A stretch of 64,000 bases of DNA, from contig CAVPNL010000009.1 of assembly GCA_963706575.1 (NCBI GenBank), forward strand, positions 96,001 through 160,000. Direction: 5' to 3'. The notes under the pieces were generated by a model, which was not told the origin of the DNA, made no database searches, and was given only the letters and a program-made list of their open reading frames with translations. Below, one piece after another: positions 63,713 to 64,000 of this stretch (position 1 is the stretch's first letter; each line of letters opens with the position of its first letter). A program made the translations under genes and the position numbers. The DNA is from an uncultured delta proteobacterium (GTDB lineage Bacteria; Desulfobacterota; Desulfobacteria; Desulfobacterales; JAHEIW01).

Positions 63713-64000
63713 CCAATGACCTATTTACATACCGGGAACCCAAGTCCCATCCGGTGTCCCCGGAAGACATCAATGCGCAGATACTGAAGACCGCTATGAG
63801 TCGGTCAATCAAATACCGAGAGTTTTAATCAAATCCAACCGGGTCTATATAACTACATACTTTTTATCGTGAGAACCCTTCAATACAGGTGCTTTTAAGA
63901 CTCCGTGTCTTGCATGTGTTCATTTTGTGATTAGGATAAGAGGTGAAGGTGTTCTTATTGAGATAATGCCGGGCGGCCCGGCCGATTTCAAATTTCAGAT

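Noticed and set aside
63709..63830. Short frame after the Ada/Ogt gene (LTNDLFTYREPK...)
   Set aside because: Under 40 codons, no recognisable motif and no clear ribosome-binding site
1..64000. tRNA, rRNA, riboswitch or selenoprotein signals
   Set aside because: No cloverleaf, rRNA-like tract, recognisable cobalamin or Moco riboswitch, or in-frame UGA read-through candidate was found by eye; an Infernal/Rfam scan is needed to exclude them

Overview
A 64-kb chromosomal segment, most likely from a sulfate-reducing Desulfobacterota (Desulfobacterales-like) organism. The inference rests on a reductive-type dsrA-dsrB-dsrD-dsrN cluster and a tetrahaem cytochrome c3. The other ~55 genes are mostly housekeeping or metabolic: a GH13 debranching-type enzyme, a CdaA-YbbR fusion, UGPase, ilvE, dapA, tatBC, mltA, moaC/moaE/mobA/moaB, speB, an acyl-CoA ligase, prmA, an OmpR-type two-component system, a two-subunit B12 acyl-CoA mutase, degQ, panE, dnaK/hsp20, sppA, flgM, lsrF, recX and ada/ogt. 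I see no rRNA, tRNA, CRISPR array, transposase or integrase. The most unusual signal is non-coding. About 20 gene junctions carry degenerate 7-, 8- or 9-nt-period tandem arrays, often arranged as inverted arms and often starting inside the upstream stop codon. These arrays nest REP-like palindromes and 24-31-nt micro-inserts. One array plus a 24-nt insert (identical to a copy 47 kb away) sits in frame inside dsrN. Other points of interest are an acyl-CoA mutase with non-canonical specificity residues, a kinase-fold-like ORF directly upstream of dsrA, and an exact 28-bp motif in front of two carbohydrate genes. All product calls come from motif recognition by eye; no database search was run.
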